DNA from: a virus
DNA length: 64,000 bases
Reading direction: 5' to 3' (one strand)
Virus record (IMG/VR): IMGVR_UViG_3300033141_004211
Span: 1-64,000 of that record
Below are positions 19,714-30,246 of this stretch, piece after piece. How positions within the stretch are numbered: position 1 is the stretch's first letter; the number at the start of each line of letters is the position of its first letter. Made by a program: the position numbers and the translations under genes. Below the pieces are notes generated by a model. That model did no database searches and was not told the origin of the DNA. It was given only the letters and a program-made list of their open reading frames with translations.

Positions 19714-19922
19714 CAGTCCTCCAACAGCAAAGCGATGTCGTCGTTCATATCATGGGATAGGTCTGCGAGATGGGAGAGCAACAGCACGGTGCCGTGCTCA
19801 TTGCACTTCGTCAAGTCCTCAAGAGACTCAGCACACTTCAGCATCACGTCAATATCATGAAAACACACCTTTAGCCTCTCATGATACTGAATCAACAGAA
19901 TCGCCAATTGCTTATTCGTCAT
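19713..19922 (-). CDS. Hypothetical protein
   Basis: 69-aa ORF coupled to its neighbours by 1-nt overlaps. Confidence 0.4.
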   Translation of the reverse strand: MTNKQLAILLIQYHERLKVCFHDIDVMLKCAESLEDLTKCNEHGTVLLLSHLADLSHDMNDDIALLLED

Positions 19923-20983
19923 CAGTCATCTCCTACCATCAGAGACAAAATGCCTGCCAGCGCTAGCATCATCTGATTCATACCGAAACGGGAGTCCCGT
20001 TTGAATCTCCCGGCAAAATTTTCCTTCAGGCACTTCATGATCTGCGCGGAGAGGTCCTGCCGGTCACCATGCCGTGCGAAATAGACGTACCGCTCGTACT
20101 CACTCCCGTCTACTATCTCGTGAAAAACAGGAAAAGAATAACACACGACCGGTGTGGCACAAGCAAGGGCCTCAATCAGAAACATCCCAAACCCCTCCCA
20201 GATCGAAGCACTTATCAGGCACAAGGACTGCGAGATAATCTCAAACTTCTTCTTATCGGGCACGCCACGATGAAACGTGACATACCCCTGCATATCTCGT
20301 CGCCTGACAAGGGATTCTTCAGCTTTAGCAGTCACTACGTCCAGATGAATACCCAAAGGCTTCACAGCATCAACGACGTGGGGGAATTTTTTGTGCGGTT
20401 CAAGACGAGAGATGAAACAAGCCCGATACTTCCGCTCTGTTGTCGGAAGCGAATCAATAACTCTATCATTCACCGCTGGGTAAACAGTGAATACTCTCTC
20501 CATGGGAATTCCACACCAAGCAGCGCATGGTCTCCGATTGTGCTCAGCTAAGACGAAGACGTAAGCATCAGCATGGCGAATTTGAGCCAGCATCCCGGCC
20601 CAGAAGTTCTCTCTCAAAGCAGGAGAGCGGTCGCCCCGATACTTCGACATCAACGGTAAAACATCCAGGATGCATACCACAGCAGGAACCTCATACCGGA
20701 CACTGAGGCGACAAGCCGCCTCAGCCCCCAACATCGGGAGACCAATGAACAAATCGTGTTGGGGAATATCAGACAGACTCCACAAGGACTTGACGACAAT
20801 CCGCGGCTGACGATAGGCATCGAAATCCATTCTGAAGGGAACAGGGCGGTCTACATAGAGAGTCACATCGTGTCCCAGCTCACCAAGGGCACAGGCAAGC
20901 TGGTAGCAGTAGTAACGTCCCCCGGTGTAATGCCTAACCTGCTGACTCAGTACCGCTATCCTCAATCTCCAGCTTCCCCCCAA
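19922..20983 (-). CDS. GT4-type glycosyltransferase
   Basis: Has an E-x7-E motif (EGFGMFLIEALACATPVV) and an N-terminal RIAVLSQ...GG pattern. Confidence 0.7.
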   Translation of the reverse strand: MGGSWRLRIAVLSQQVRHYTGGRYYCYQLACALGELGHDVTLYVDRPVPFRMDFDAYRQPRIVVKSLWSLSDIPQHDLFIGLPMLGAEAACRLSVRYEVPAVVCILDVLPLMSKYRGDRSPALRENFWAGMLAQIRHADAYVFVLAEHNRRPCAAWCGIPMERVFTVYPAVNDRVIDSLPTTERKYRACFISRLEPHKKFPHVVDAVKPLGIHLDVVTAKAEESLVRRRDMQGYVTFHRGVPDKKKFEIISQSLCLISASIWEGFGMFLIEALACATPVVCYSFPVFHEIVDGSEYERYVYFARHGDRQDLSAQIMKCLKENFAGRFKRDSRFGMNQMMLALAGILSLMVGDD

Positions 20984-21131
20984 TGAGCCTCAGCCACCAC
21001 CTCAGCCAAAAGGACGGGGGTTCTGAAACCCGAGCTAGCTCCGCGAACTTTTTCAAAAGTTCGGTAGAATCCACATTCGACTCATCCATCTCACAACACC
21101 TTGCCAGCGACAAACAACCATTGCCCGGCAA

Positions 21132-22172
21132 TCAAAACCAGTCCCCAAGCAAACCAGCGATCCTATCACACATTGACTCAAAACCATACGCCTTCCCTAC
21201 AAAGCGGGCTTGCACACAGAGGTCAGCAAAGGTGTAATCATCCTTCACAAGCTCCATCACCCGCCCAGAGAGCGCAGCGGGGCTAGCCGGGGGTGCATAC
21301 AAGGCAGCATCACCACACACCTCGCGTAGTACGGGATAATCATAGCACACGACCGGGACACCACAATACATCGCTTCCATGAATGGCATACCAAGACCCT
21401 CATAGACCGAGCCACCAATCAAGGCCCTGGCGCGTTTGATAATCTCAAACTTCTTCGCGTCGTCAGGGGCGGAATAAACAGTAACAAACTCAGGCATCAG
21501 GCGTGCAGCTATGCGATCCATCATCGCACTTGCGTCAAAGCTCGTTATCACATCCAGGTATACCCCCGTGTGCTGTACAACGTACAGTAAATCGTTAAAT
21601 CTCTTATGCTCAGTCAACCGGGTGATGGACACAAAACGGTTGTCCCATTCTGTGTAGACAGAATCCGCACAGCGGCTATTAACGCAACCAATTAAGGGGA
21701 CAACATTTTCATTCCCAGTCCACTTCTTGATAAAGGGCACAGCATACTCAGAAATTGAGAGGAGCAAGTCACTCCCAGCAAGGGCGCGGGTGTGACTCTC
21801 CCCAAAGTGCATCCGCTTGGCCACTGCCGGGGCAAATTTGCTTACCAGTGGCCATGCATCAAGAACAAAATTCCAACATGGAACCCCCATCTTCTTGGCA
21901 AAGGCCATCGCCCACTCAGAGGCTAGGATGGGATAGCCAATCACAAGGTCGAATTCATCGTCAGCGACAAGCGCATCAAGCCTACTGGCACGCACCACAA
22001 CCGGCATGGGATACCACTGGCGAAGATCGTCATAGAAAGGCGGTAGCCGCTGCGTGAACATAGTCACATCATGCCCGAGCTCACAGAATCCACAAGCCAC
22101 AAGCCAAGCATGATACCGGCCGCCGCTATACACATCAGCACGAGGGTGTTCAACGATAAAGGCTACTCTCAT
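21132..22172 (-). CDS. GT4-type glycosyltransferase
   Basis: MRVAFIVEH...GG at the N-terminus and an E-x7-E motif (EGLGMPFMEAMYCGVPVV). Confidence 0.7.
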   Translation of the reverse strand: MRVAFIVEHPRADVYSGGRYHAWLVACGFCELGHDVTMFTQRLPPFYDDLRQWYPMPVVVRASRLDALVADDEFDLVIGYPILASEWAMAFAKKMGVPCWNFVLDAWPLVSKFAPAVAKRMHFGESHTRALAGSDLLLSISEYAVPFIKKWTGNENVVPLIGCVNSRCADSVYTEWDNRFVSITRLTEHKRFNDLLYVVQHTGVYLDVITSFDASAMMDRIAARLMPEFVTVYSAPDDAKKFEIIKRARALIGGSVYEGLGMPFMEAMYCGVPVVCYDYPVLREVCGDAALYAPPASPAALSGRVMELVKDDYTFADLCVQARFVGKAYGFESMCDRIAGLLGDWF

Positions 22173-22190
22173 CCTTCACCTTCTACCAAT

Positions 22191-22388
22191 CTACACGCTC
22201 CTGGTCATCACAGCACCACACTCGGGGCACTTGCGCTCATTACACGGTTCACCAGTCACGTGCTGCTCAGTATGGCCACACACAGGGCATACACACCACC
22301 CGCCAGGCCCAGCCCCGGCAGCATCACCAGCGTTACGCCCACGCCCTTGCTGACGAGCGACCCACCTCCAAAACCATAATTTTCTCAC
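22191..22388 (-). CDS. Zinc-ribbon protein
   Basis: 65 aa with CPVCGH...CPECG. Confidence 0.5.
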   Translation of the reverse strand: MRKLWFWRWVARQQGRGRNAGDAAGAGPGGWCVCPVCGHTEQHVTGEPCNERKCPECGAVMTRSV

Positions 22389-22849
22389 CTTATCACCTCC
22401 AAATATCTATGCACAAGAATGTCATCTCCAAGTCCACGTGCGCCTTGTAGCCTAGAGTATTCTACTGCAGCGAGTTGCCGCAGTTGTTTATCTATTCGGC
22501 GACAGTCTGACAGGGTTCCATTCCAAGAAAAACCCCCCAGCAGTTTGACAGCCCACTTGCGCCACGCTCTTTGCAACACAAACAAGAGACCATACTGATG
22601 GGTCATGTAGAGCCAACACAACCTGTGATAAGCTCGCATAAGAGGCAAGGTGGCACAAGTGATTTTGGCGTGACAATCTTTACAAATCCGAAGCATGTTC
22701 CATCTCAAATTGTGCCCACCGTCCATAAACCAAATTACGTGATGGGCCACCGTGTCCTCAAACGGCATGGATCGCAAGCAGCATGGACACAGAGCCTTAT
22801 CCCCTATTCTTTCCTCTGTCACACCATAGCGTCGCCTACGCTTGACCAT
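22385..22849 (-). CDS. HNH endonuclease
   Basis: CPCC...AHHVIWFMDGGHNLRWNMLRICKDCHAKI, which is an HNH signature with flanking Cys pairs. Confidence 0.75.
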   Translation of the reverse strand: MVKRRRRYGVTEERIGDKALCPCCLRSMPFEDTVAHHVIWFMDGGHNLRWNMLRICKDCHAKITCATLPLMRAYHRLCWLYMTHQYGLLFVLQRAWRKWAVKLLGGFSWNGTLSDCRRIDKQLRQLAAVEYSRLQGARGLGDDILVHRYLEVIR

Positions 22850-22870
22850 TCCAACCTCATCAATCGGCTA

Positions 22871-23317
22871 CTAAAAGGAAGGCAAATGACCCTTGGCACA
22901 ATTTCGGCCAACTGCTGAGGGGCTCCGAAACGGAATATCCAGAACCGTATACCAACATACACCATCCTCAAGGACAGCCACCCTAAGAGCATCAGGCGTC
23001 TCATCCCTGGGAATCTGTGGCACCAACACACCTATGGACACGAAGCTACCAGGCGGGACATCAACCTGGAGAGGCTGATCCTTCGTTGCATCGCTCGCCC
23101 TCCTACCACCCTTGACCCAGAAAGCACCGGGGAGGGTATGCCCTGCCTTCCAAACACGGGCAGATTCATTGACAGCTACAAGCCAAATAGCCTTCCCGAC
23201 CATGCTCACGCCTACACTATCAGGGCCAGCGGTCTTCGGCCCAGAGACAGAAGACCCAGAGCTCACCACATCTTCAATCATATCGTCATCTCGAGGGACC
23301 CACGTTACCGTTCTCAT
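22871..23317 (-). CDS. Hypothetical protein
   Basis: I moved the start to ATG 23317 (MRTVTWVPRDDD...), which is in a TGATG overlap with the upstream small ORF. Confidence 0.5.
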   Translation of the reverse strand: MRTVTWVPRDDDMIEDVVSSGSSVSGPKTAGPDSVGVSMVGKAIWLVAVNESARVWKAGHTLPGAFWVKGGRRASDATKDQPLQVDVPPGSFVSIGVLVPQIPRDETPDALRVAVLEDGVCWYTVLDIPFRSPSAVGRNCAKGHLPSF

Positions 23318-23487
23318 CACTCCAGCCCACCGATGATAAACATCTGCACTGCAAGCACAAGCAAAGCACACGCGATCAAGAGGTTTCCAAGCAAAGGATT
23401 CACATCCATGCTTCCACCACCAAGCACAGCACAGAAGAAGACGATACCACCAAGCGCGACCAAGACATGTCTTTTGCTATCATTCAT
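23317..23487 (-). CDS. Small two-helix membrane protein
   Basis: 56 aa, below the ORF-track cutoff, from my own translation: MNDSKRHVLVALGGIVFFCAVLGGGSMDVNPLLGNLLIACALLVLAVQMFIIGGLE. It has TGATG overlaps at both ends. Confidence 0.5.
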   Translation of the reverse strand: MNDSKRHVLVALGGIVFFCAVLGGGSMDVNPLLGNLLIACALLVLAVQMFIIGGLE

Positions 23488-23954
23488 CAGAGCACCAACT
23501 TCCCGTCAACCCTTGGGACGACGATACCCTTACTCTGGGCAGCCTTCATCTGCATATCGGCCAGGAACCGTGCCCCCCACTCAAACTCGAAGAGAATACG
23601 GGCCATACTCTCCAAGACCCCACAGAGCACGTACACAAGACGCTCCCTGTTAATGGTGTCCATCGGGAATTCAATAGCGATCTCCTCCGGTGGAGCGACA
23701 AAAACCCTAAAGAAATTCCCCTCAGACCACTGAACTTCAGAGAAATCACCGCTCTTGAGCATCTTCTTCAACTCATACACAACAGCGAGGAGAATCCTCG
23801 GATCGCGCACAACATTCCAGACCGGTGCAGGGAGACCTTCCTTGATCTCCACCTCTATAATCATACCCATATCATCAATTTCTTTCTTCATACGCGTCTC
23901 CACTTCGACCACACAGCCTCGGCCACTTGCTCCACTGGCAGCTTCGCCATGCAT
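23487..23954 (-). CDS. Hypothetical protein
   Basis: 155-aa ORF. Start uncertain because it overlaps the GT9 3' end. Confidence 0.45.
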   Translation of the reverse strand: MHGEAASGASGRGCVVEVETRMKKEIDDMGMIIEVEIKEGLPAPVWNVVRDPRILLAVVYELKKMLKSGDFSEVQWSEGNFFRVFVAPPEEIAIEFPMDTINRERLVYVLCGVLESMARILFEFEWGARFLADMQMKAAQSKGIVVPRVDGKLVL

Positions 23955-24814
23955 GAATTCCCAAACTCACAAATTGGTCTTTCCTCCGTCGGGAAAGACT
24001 GCCCACACGGTCCATCGCAGGCAGGGTACGCTGAAACAGCGTAACAATCAGCCCCATCAGGCACAACACAACTTGACGGAATAGGCCCGGCAAGCAGTAC
24101 AGAGGGAACAGCCCCACGAATCATCTCAACCTTGCCAGCTTCCGCATCTCGCATATACTTAATCGCATGAGCGACGTGGGATGGGAAGCTATCAATACCA
24201 ACAAAAAGATCGGTGACCGCTACTACGCCAATAACTTGTCCTATGCGAGTCCTCCCGCACAACTGAGCATCCACACCCTCAACACGCGGATCGTCACGAC
24301 CCCCAATCTGCACCACCTTGAGACCCATCAGATGCATAGCCCTCACGAGTTCAACCCAGCAGTCCAGAGGCCACAGTCTCCAGTTGATGCCATTTGCGCT
24401 CCACACGTTGATCACGACCAAATTGTCGCTCTCTCGCTCTACACAGTCATCAGGTCCTATGTAGAGCTCAGGGACGACAGCGGTCATATCTTCGACATCC
24501 AACAACCCCGCCTCCCCAGCTTGCCTAGCATGAATCTCTCCCCAATACATCGTCGGGTCACAATCCCCGGCGAAACGGGGAGGCTCAGCCTCGTGACGGA
24601 AATCCACCCACCGGTCGTACTCACTGACCATGTACTTCCCGGGGATCACTATCTCATCTATATGTGGATTGAGAGCCAGAATCTCCGCGTATTGTCTCCA
24701 GCATACGTAGGTAAGCTCGCAGTCAGGATGCGACTGCTTTATCAGAGGGAGGGAGGCAGTCGTCATCACTATATCGCCGAGAAACCCAACCCGATAGCAT
24801 AGGAAACGCATCAA
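23888..24814 (-). CDS. GT9 (heptosyltransferase-like) glycosyltransferase
   Basis: The N-terminus, FLGDIVMTTASLPLIKQSHPDCELTYVCWRQYAEILALNPHIDEIV, is the classic GT9 opening. Confidence 0.65.
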   Translation of the reverse strand: MMRFLCYRVGFLGDIVMTTASLPLIKQSHPDCELTYVCWRQYAEILALNPHIDEIVIPGKYMVSEYDRWVDFRHEAEPPRFAGDCDPTMYWGEIHARQAGEAGLLDVEDMTAVVPELYIGPDDCVERESDNLVVINVWSANGINWRLWPLDCWVELVRAMHLMGLKVVQIGGRDDPRVEGVDAQLCGRTRIGQVIGVVAVTDLFVGIDSFPSHVAHAIKYMRDAEAGKVEMIRGAVPSVLLAGPIPSSCVVPDGADCYAVSAYPACDGPCGQSFPTEERPICEFGNSCMAKLPVEQVAEAVWSKWRRV

Positions 24815-25380
24815 TCACTCTCAAGCACAAAGACAACAAGCTCAGCCTTCTCCACATCGGTAGTTTCTATGCAATACCCACCCCGCGTCGTTTTCAGGAG
24901 GGTCACCCGCACAGCTTCAGTAGGGGGGACATAGGGCATACGCTGAGCTACGACGACCCTCCCGTCAGGAGCAAGCATCTTTAGAACATAGCCCTGAACC
25001 CGATCCCATTCAACGCCAAGGCCAACAAATGCATACGGAAAATCAGGGTCTAGAACCGGGAAGTCGTCGTATGCAGCTTGTATTACCCAAAGCAGGCACT
25101 GCCCAAACTGTCGAAGGGAACAATGCTTCCACCGCACGAGATCGCCTTGCGCGGTGAGGCTGAAGGCTAGGGTGTACACCATGTAACCAAACTTCGGCGT
25201 AGCCAACACGCACGGGAGCGGTGTGGGGTCGTCAATAAGGCACAATACCCTCATGAAATCCCCACGCCCCGGGAGCACCCTCGACATCAAGAAGGCAACA
25301 TGTGCCTTCTCCTCAGACACGGAGGGTTCAACTGCTTTCAACGCCTTCACCATATCAGCTTCTCGATAAGCGTGCATCAC
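24811..25380 (-). CDS. Hypothetical protein
   Basis: 189-aa ORF with a 4-nt overlap with its neighbour. Confidence 0.5.
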   Translation of the reverse strand: MMHAYREADMVKALKAVEPSVSEEKAHVAFLMSRVLPGRGDFMRVLCLIDDPTPLPCVLATPKFGYMVYTLAFSLTAQGDLVRWKHCSLRQFGQCLLWVIQAAYDDFPVLDPDFPYAFVGLGVEWDRVQGYVLKMLAPDGRVVVAQRMPYVPPTEAVRVTLLKTTRGGYCIETTDVEKAELVVFVLESD

Positions 25381-25429
25381 CTCACTCCTTTATCCGCGCC
25401 GCCTGAACTCATCCAAGCCCACCAATTCG

Positions 25430-25801
25430 TCAATCCCACGACCACGGTTCCTTGTCATGTGTCTTAGGATCATACAGCCTGCTAGCCCAAAAGATGAACA
25501 TCACATCATCCGAGCCAACGTTCTTGATGTCATGCCCAGTCCCGGCGGGTATGGGGACAATCTGTGGTCTCTCGCCAGACACCCGCTTGACTTCGCGTAT
25601 CCCATTGGGATACTCAAGGAACAGAGCAGCCTCACCACGAATGACCAACCACCACTCGTCTGTCTCGGGGTGGCGATGGCCCCCAGCAGTCACACCAGGC
25701 GGAACGGTCCTGATCGCAAGTTGACCGAAACGTTCGTCCCTCACGAACTCATATAGCAGACCACCATCGGAACATTTATGAACTTTCAGTTCCTTCATCA
25801 A
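25430..25801 (-). CDS. Cupin-fold sugar isomerase/epimerase-like protein
   Basis: Cupin motifs: GGHRHPETDEWWLVIRGEA ... PAGTGHDIKN. Confidence 0.6.
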   Translation of the reverse strand: MMKELKVHKCSDGGLLYEFVRDERFGQLAIRTVPPGVTAGGHRHPETDEWWLVIRGEAALFLEYPNGIREVKRVSGERPQIVPIPAGTGHDIKNVGSDDVMFIFWASRLYDPKTHDKEPWSWD

Positions 25802-26681
25802 AGCCCCTCATCCACTCAGCAGTCATTCTGATTCCTTCTTCCAACTTCACTTTAGGATACCACCCACTCGGTGGTAAAAGGTTAATAGGTAAATCACCGA
25901 CGTTGACAGCCTTAGCCAACGGTGGCCACTCAACGCGCACAACTTCTCCGCCAAGCACCCCTGACACCGTTTCCGCCACTTCCACAATGCGGTGGTTAGC
26001 CCCAACAAGCGGATAGGTAACAGCCGTAGCGAACTGGCCTTCACAGGCCATCCTAACACAGCGCGCTGCATCTTCAGCAAAAATGAACGCCTGGCGATTT
26101 CTCCCCTCACCATATACCGGAATGGTGTTACCATCCAGTGCACGACGAACGAAAAAGTTAACCACGGAGTCTCGCCTCTGCCAGGGGCCGTAGCCAGTAG
26201 CCATTCTCAAGATAACATAGCGCAGACCATAGACTTCACGGAAGATTTTCAGGTGCCATTCCACCAAACGCTTATACGCTGAGTACAGACATAGGGGATC
26301 AGCCCGATAGCATAAGTCCGAGGACACAAAAACCACCAGTGGTTTGGTCTCCATGTTCGCGATGGCATTTAACAAAAGGACATTCGTTCCGACGCTCTCT
26401 TTGAGAAAACCCCCTGGATCATTAACGCTGTCAACACTCCCTATCTTCCCCTGAAGAGGAACGATCACATCAACTTCGGGCATCCCATGCTCAAGGAAGA
26501 AGACCTGCCACTTCATCGGAAAATGCTCAAAGTCACCGCCAATGAATTCCTTGGCTTCATCACTGAAATGCAACGGGTCAACGACGATGACCTGATGGCC
26601 TGCCTGTACGAGCTCCCGTGTGAGCCAAGCCCCAACAAACCCAGCCCCGCCGGGGATCAGAACTCGCAAACTATCCGCCAT
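25776..26681 (-). CDS. NAD-dependent sugar epimerase/dehydratase (SDR)
   Basis: Has GxxGxxG (IPGGAGFVGAWL) and YxxxK (YSAYK). Confidence 0.75.
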   Translation of the reverse strand: MADSLRVLIPGGAGFVGAWLTRELVQAGHQVIVVDPLHFSDEAKEFIGGDFEHFPMKWQVFFLEHGMPEVDVIVPLQGKIGSVDSVNDPGGFLKESVGTNVLLLNAIANMETKPLVVFVSSDLCYRADPLCLYSAYKRLVEWHLKIFREVYGLRYVILRMATGYGPWQRRDSVVNFFVRRALDGNTIPVYGEGRNRQAFIFAEDAARCVRMACEGQFATAVTYPLVGANHRIVEVAETVSGVLGGEVVRVEWPPLAKAVNVGDLPINLLPPSGWYPKVKLEEGIRMTAEWMRGFDEGTESS

Positions 26682-27588
26682 GCTTCAGTGCCCCCAACTC
26701 CTTCTCTATAACCTCATACCATCTGGCTGAAACGACTTTGGGCGAGACTGCCTTCGCCGCCCTCGCCGGACCCTTCGCACCTTGTCTAGCCCGAAAGCGC
26801 CAATCTGTTAGCAGCCTTCTGAGATCATCGTACCAGTCTTTAGTCCGGGCGAACGAAACGCAAGGGACCCCACAGACCTGACAAGTCCAGAACTTGTTCT
26901 CATCCTTATGATAACGTCCATCGTCTTGTTTCACCTGGGGGCATACACCAACGTCGCATTTCGCAATTGTCGGGTAGACCTCATTGAGTCTCCACTTTTT
27001 ACCAACGACCTGATTCCCACCAGGCAGCGTCAGACCGTATGTGTTTCCAGTGTCATTGACAATCAATACTCTAAATCGCACCCCATCCCGCGAGAGACGC
27101 TCAAGCACAGGCCAGATGCTGCCCAGGGTCGCCAGCATCGTGTTCTCACGCCCAACCCACACAACAGTAGGTACAGCCACGTTTGAGTGTTTTCGTCGGT
27201 ATTTACTGGGTCGCTGTGCACCAGGAATCACATAGCATCGCTTCTTCAATGTGGCTATGATCTCGTGCCTGTCGTCCTCATTCCCAGTGGTAATACAATG
27301 CGCGACCCTCGCCATACGCTTAACAGCCCCCATCTGTCTACGCCACTTATGGCGATAGAAATGATAGTCAGTGATGTCCAGAATCACAAGCTTACCAGCA
27401 CTACGGGCTTTCTTGGCAAGCTCGTAGTGCCTCTTGTCAAGAGCGCGCTGGAACACGCAAGCGTCAGCTCGCTTCCAATTCTTCTCGTTGCCAATATCAA
27501 ACGCACCGTGCGCAGGAGTAACCCACCACACCCGGAAACGACTGCTGGCACGAGTTTTGTCACCAACAGGGTAAAAGACAACCTTCAA
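26671..27588 (-). CDS. Putative glycosyltransferase (GT-B-like)
   Basis: 305 aa with a TTG start. The two-domain pattern and the ASSRFRVWW N-terminal element resemble those of 9747-10922. Confidence 0.4.
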   Translation of the reverse strand: MKVVFYPVGDKTRASSRFRVWWVTPAHGAFDIGNEKNWKRADACVFQRALDKRHYELAKKARSAGKLVILDITDYHFYRHKWRRQMGAVKRMARVAHCITTGNEDDRHEIIATLKKRCYVIPGAQRPSKYRRKHSNVAVPTVVWVGRENTMLATLGSIWPVLERLSRDGVRFRVLIVNDTGNTYGLTLPGGNQVVGKKWRLNEVYPTIAKCDVGVCPQVKQDDGRYHKDENKFWTCQVCGVPCVSFARTKDWYDDLRRLLTDWRFRARQGAKGPARAAKAVSPKVVSARWYEVIEKELGALKHGG

Positions 27589-27749
27589 TCCTCACACTCT
27601 CCAGCAACGCAGTAAACATCAATCGTGTCTAGGATGACCACATCCTCCCAGATCGCTACCTGTTGCGCCCTAGCCTCAGCCTCTTCCTCGCTATCAGCAT
27701 CAACAATGACGTACACCTCCGCTTCAAACACCACTTGGTAAGTGTTCAT
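27585..27749 (-). CDS. Small acidic protein
   Basis: 54 aa, from my translation: MNTYQVVFEAEVYVIVDADSEEEAEARAQQ.... It has an ATGA overlap upstream and a TTGA overlap downstream. Confidence 0.4.
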   Translation of the reverse strand: MNTYQVVFEAEVYVIVDADSEEEAEARAQQVAIWEDVVILDTIDVYCVAGECED

Positions 27750-28648
27750 CCGAAAAACTCCGCGTAGAACTTCCTACTCCCATCAGGTCTAACATGACGC
27801 CTATACCTGAAACCAGCCTTCTCCATCAAATCCCGCAGCCTTGATGGGGAAGGTGCCCACTTGTGGTCACGCACAGCATCCCCACCTAGAGGGGTGACGA
27901 TGTGCACCAAGCCGCCAGGCTTCAAGTTCCCACGCCATACCTCAAACATCCCGAGGAGATCAGATGGGTCTACATGCTCAACAAAATCCAAGGTCACAAT
28001 GACATCCACCCGCTCTGGTGAGGACCACATCCTAGCGTCAGCGCAAATGGGTCTAACATTTTCCAGATCAACACAGAAACGACCCGACAGGGCGACAGCA
28101 GCAGGGGAGAGGTCAACGGCATAAACTACCTTGGCTCCAGCCCCGGCTATTAACCGCGTAATCTCCCCGCGCCCACAACCATACTCAATAACCGCCGCGC
28201 CCTCCCACAAGGCATCAATGTTCTCAAATCGTCCACGATAACTGGGGTGCATTGCCTTCGTCTCAGGGTCCCATTCCATTCCCTTCGGCTGGAACTCCAG
28301 ATAGTACTCTTCACTCCAATGTGAGGGGGGTGAGGGACGCTGTAAGACCAACTCACCAAGTTCACCACTGACAATGTGATACCCGATTCTACTTAAGAAG
28401 TCCAGGCTGGGACCAAGGACAATCACATACCCACCCCAATAGACCTTCTCTATCGCCTTTACCAGGATGTCCAAGGGAGGCATCCGGGCGAAGATTATAG
28501 CATCATAAATCCCACCACCGACACGTGGGACATCCCCAGCATGACAACGTGTGACACGGTAATCCCCTAGAGAGGGTATTTCAGCACCATCAACTAGAAG
28601 AATCTCATCACCAGCCTTGAAACGCTCTGTCCAAGTCTCTCTACACAT
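27746..28648 (-). CDS. Class I SAM-dependent methyltransferase
   Basis: Motif I: VIEYGCGRGEITRLIAGAGAKVVYAVD. Confidence 0.7.
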   Translation of the reverse strand: MCRETWTERFKAGDEILLVDGAEIPSLGDYRVTRCHAGDVPRVGGGIYDAIIFARMPPLDILVKAIEKVYWGGYVIVLGPSLDFLSRIGYHIVSGELGELVLQRPSPPSHWSEEYYLEFQPKGMEWDPETKAMHPSYRGRFENIDALWEGAAVIEYGCGRGEITRLIAGAGAKVVYAVDLSPAAVALSGRFCVDLENVRPICADARMWSSPERVDVIVTLDFVEHVDPSDLLGMFEVWRGNLKPGGLVHIVTPLGGDAVRDHKWAPSPSRLRDLMEKAGFRYRRHVRPDGSRKFYAEFFG

Positions 28649-29717
28649 ATCCCAACGCCTCCAACGAGGTCAAGAGAGACTGATCCTCACGCTGATAGAA
28701 AATCTCCTCAAGTATACTACCAGTCATGCTATCAAGCATCTCGCGGTTAAAGAGCCACAAAACAGTAGGCGCAATATCCCACAGTCGCGCCCCAGTTATC
28801 CCAACCCCACGCCTGACCCCGGGCCCACTGACAAACAAGATACCCTCACACGTATGCAACCCTCGAGGGTTTAGCTTGTGCGGGTTCTTTCTCAAAGCCT
28901 TGGCTTCATTCTCACGCACGGATTGGGGAATCCTGTCGGACTCAGCCACATCCATGCCGTGGTCGCTGAACACAATCACATACTCCGGATCGAGCGCATC
29001 AGCCAATCGCCCGATCTGCCTATCGAGTGTTCGGTACACGTCAAGCATTGTAGCCTCATGGTGAGCAAAACCATGCCCGACTCTATCCACCATCATCAAC
29101 CCAATGAACAAGACATCCACATCAAAAAAACGCGCCAGCGTGATGGCCTTGTCAACCTTGGCCTTTTCTACTTCCCGATTGAAACGCAGGAACTCAACCT
29201 GCGCTTTCTTGACACCATCAGTCAGCCTCTTTGGGCCACGTAGGAGCCACCTCAGCCTCCCACGCTGATGCTGAGTGGTATCCACAATGTACCTCCCAAG
29301 CGAGAGCCTGGGAGGATGGACATCAAACGGAGCAGAGAAACCGGGCACTATAAAACCGTCCAGGGCCTCGTCCCGTCTGGCAGAGACACATGGAAGATTC
29401 ATCAACCCAACCTTGCAATCAAGGAAATCCCAAAAAGGCGGGCGTCGCAAGGTGGCAATACCGTCGGAGCGGAAACCCTCAATACCATGCTCCTCTGGCT
29501 TGCAGCCAGTATAGACGGAGCACCACGCAGCCGGGGATGTGGGGAAGTCCACAGACCGCAACATGCCAAATACACCGCTGGACCTCAGCCCAGACAGGGT
29601 TGGGAGATTGCCCATAAACTGTGTCACGTGCTGGTAATCAGCACCATCAAGACCGACAATCAAGAGCTTCATCAGGGGGAACCTCAAAAAGCATCCGCAT
29701 CTCTTTCCCCTTCTCAA
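28641..29717 (-). CDS. Alkaline phosphatase superfamily (phosphodiesterase/pyrophosphatase-like) enzyme
   Basis: LIVGLDGADYQHV at the N-terminus and FSDHGM later, as in type I phosphodiesterase/nucleotide pyrophosphatase-like proteins. Confidence 0.6.
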   Translation of the reverse strand: MRRGKRCGCFLRFPLMKLLIVGLDGADYQHVTQFMGNLPTLSGLRSSGVFGMLRSVDFPTSPAAWCSVYTGCKPEEHGIEGFRSDGIATLRRPPFWDFLDCKVGLMNLPCVSARRDEALDGFIVPGFSAPFDVHPPRLSLGRYIVDTTQHQRGRLRWLLRGPKRLTDGVKKAQVEFLRFNREVEKAKVDKAITLARFFDVDVLFIGLMMVDRVGHGFAHHEATMLDVYRTLDRQIGRLADALDPEYVIVFSDHGMDVAESDRIPQSVRENEAKALRKNPHKLNPRGLHTCEGILFVSGPGVRRGVGITGARLWDIAPTVLWLFNREMLDSMTGSILEEIFYQREDQSLLTSLEALGYV

Positions 29718-30246
29718 GCTCAGCCGGGAAGCTTGCCAGGAGCTTCATTTTGAGCTTATTGGCCCACTCTTCCCAAACCCTATCGGGGAAAATGCTACAG
29801 TGCGAATCCGTCCATATTCTGAACGGATAACGGGGAGCGATGATAAGCACATAGCGAGACGCAACTCGCTTGAACTCAGACAGCAAATAGAACGGCACCG
29901 GTGAGTGCTCAACAGTACGACGAGAGTACACTAAATCGTAGCGGTTATCCGGGACGCTCATCCGGTGCATATCCTCGAGTATGCACTGAAAACCCTTCTC
30001 GCGGACCAAGGCACACTCTGACTCCTGATTCGTCAAACCTACACACCGCTTGACGCCCAGGGATTTAAAGACGACAAGGCCCTCGCCACCAGCGCACCCA
30101 ATGTCCAGGACCGACTCTACGCCGTACATCAGGGACCAGAACTGCCTGATGGCCTCCCGCGTCAATCGGATGTGACCTTCCTTTAGAGCACCAGCAGGTT
30201 TCTGATGCCCCACCCACGAGGCCACAAAGGCATCCAATCTAGACAT
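29647..30246 (-). CDS. Class I SAM-dependent methyltransferase
   Basis: Motif I: VLDIGCAGGEG. Its 3' end overlaps the next ORF, so the downstream start is uncertain. Confidence 0.65.
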   Translation of the reverse strand: MSRLDAFVASWVGHQKPAGALKEGHIRLTREAIRQFWSLMYGVESVLDIGCAGGEGLVVFKSLGVKRCVGLTNQESECALVREKGFQCILEDMHRMSVPDNRYDLVYSRRTVEHSPVPFYLLSEFKRVASRYVLIIAPRYPFRIWTDSHCSIFPDRVWEEWANKLKMKLLASFPAELEKGKEMRMLFEVPPDEALDCRS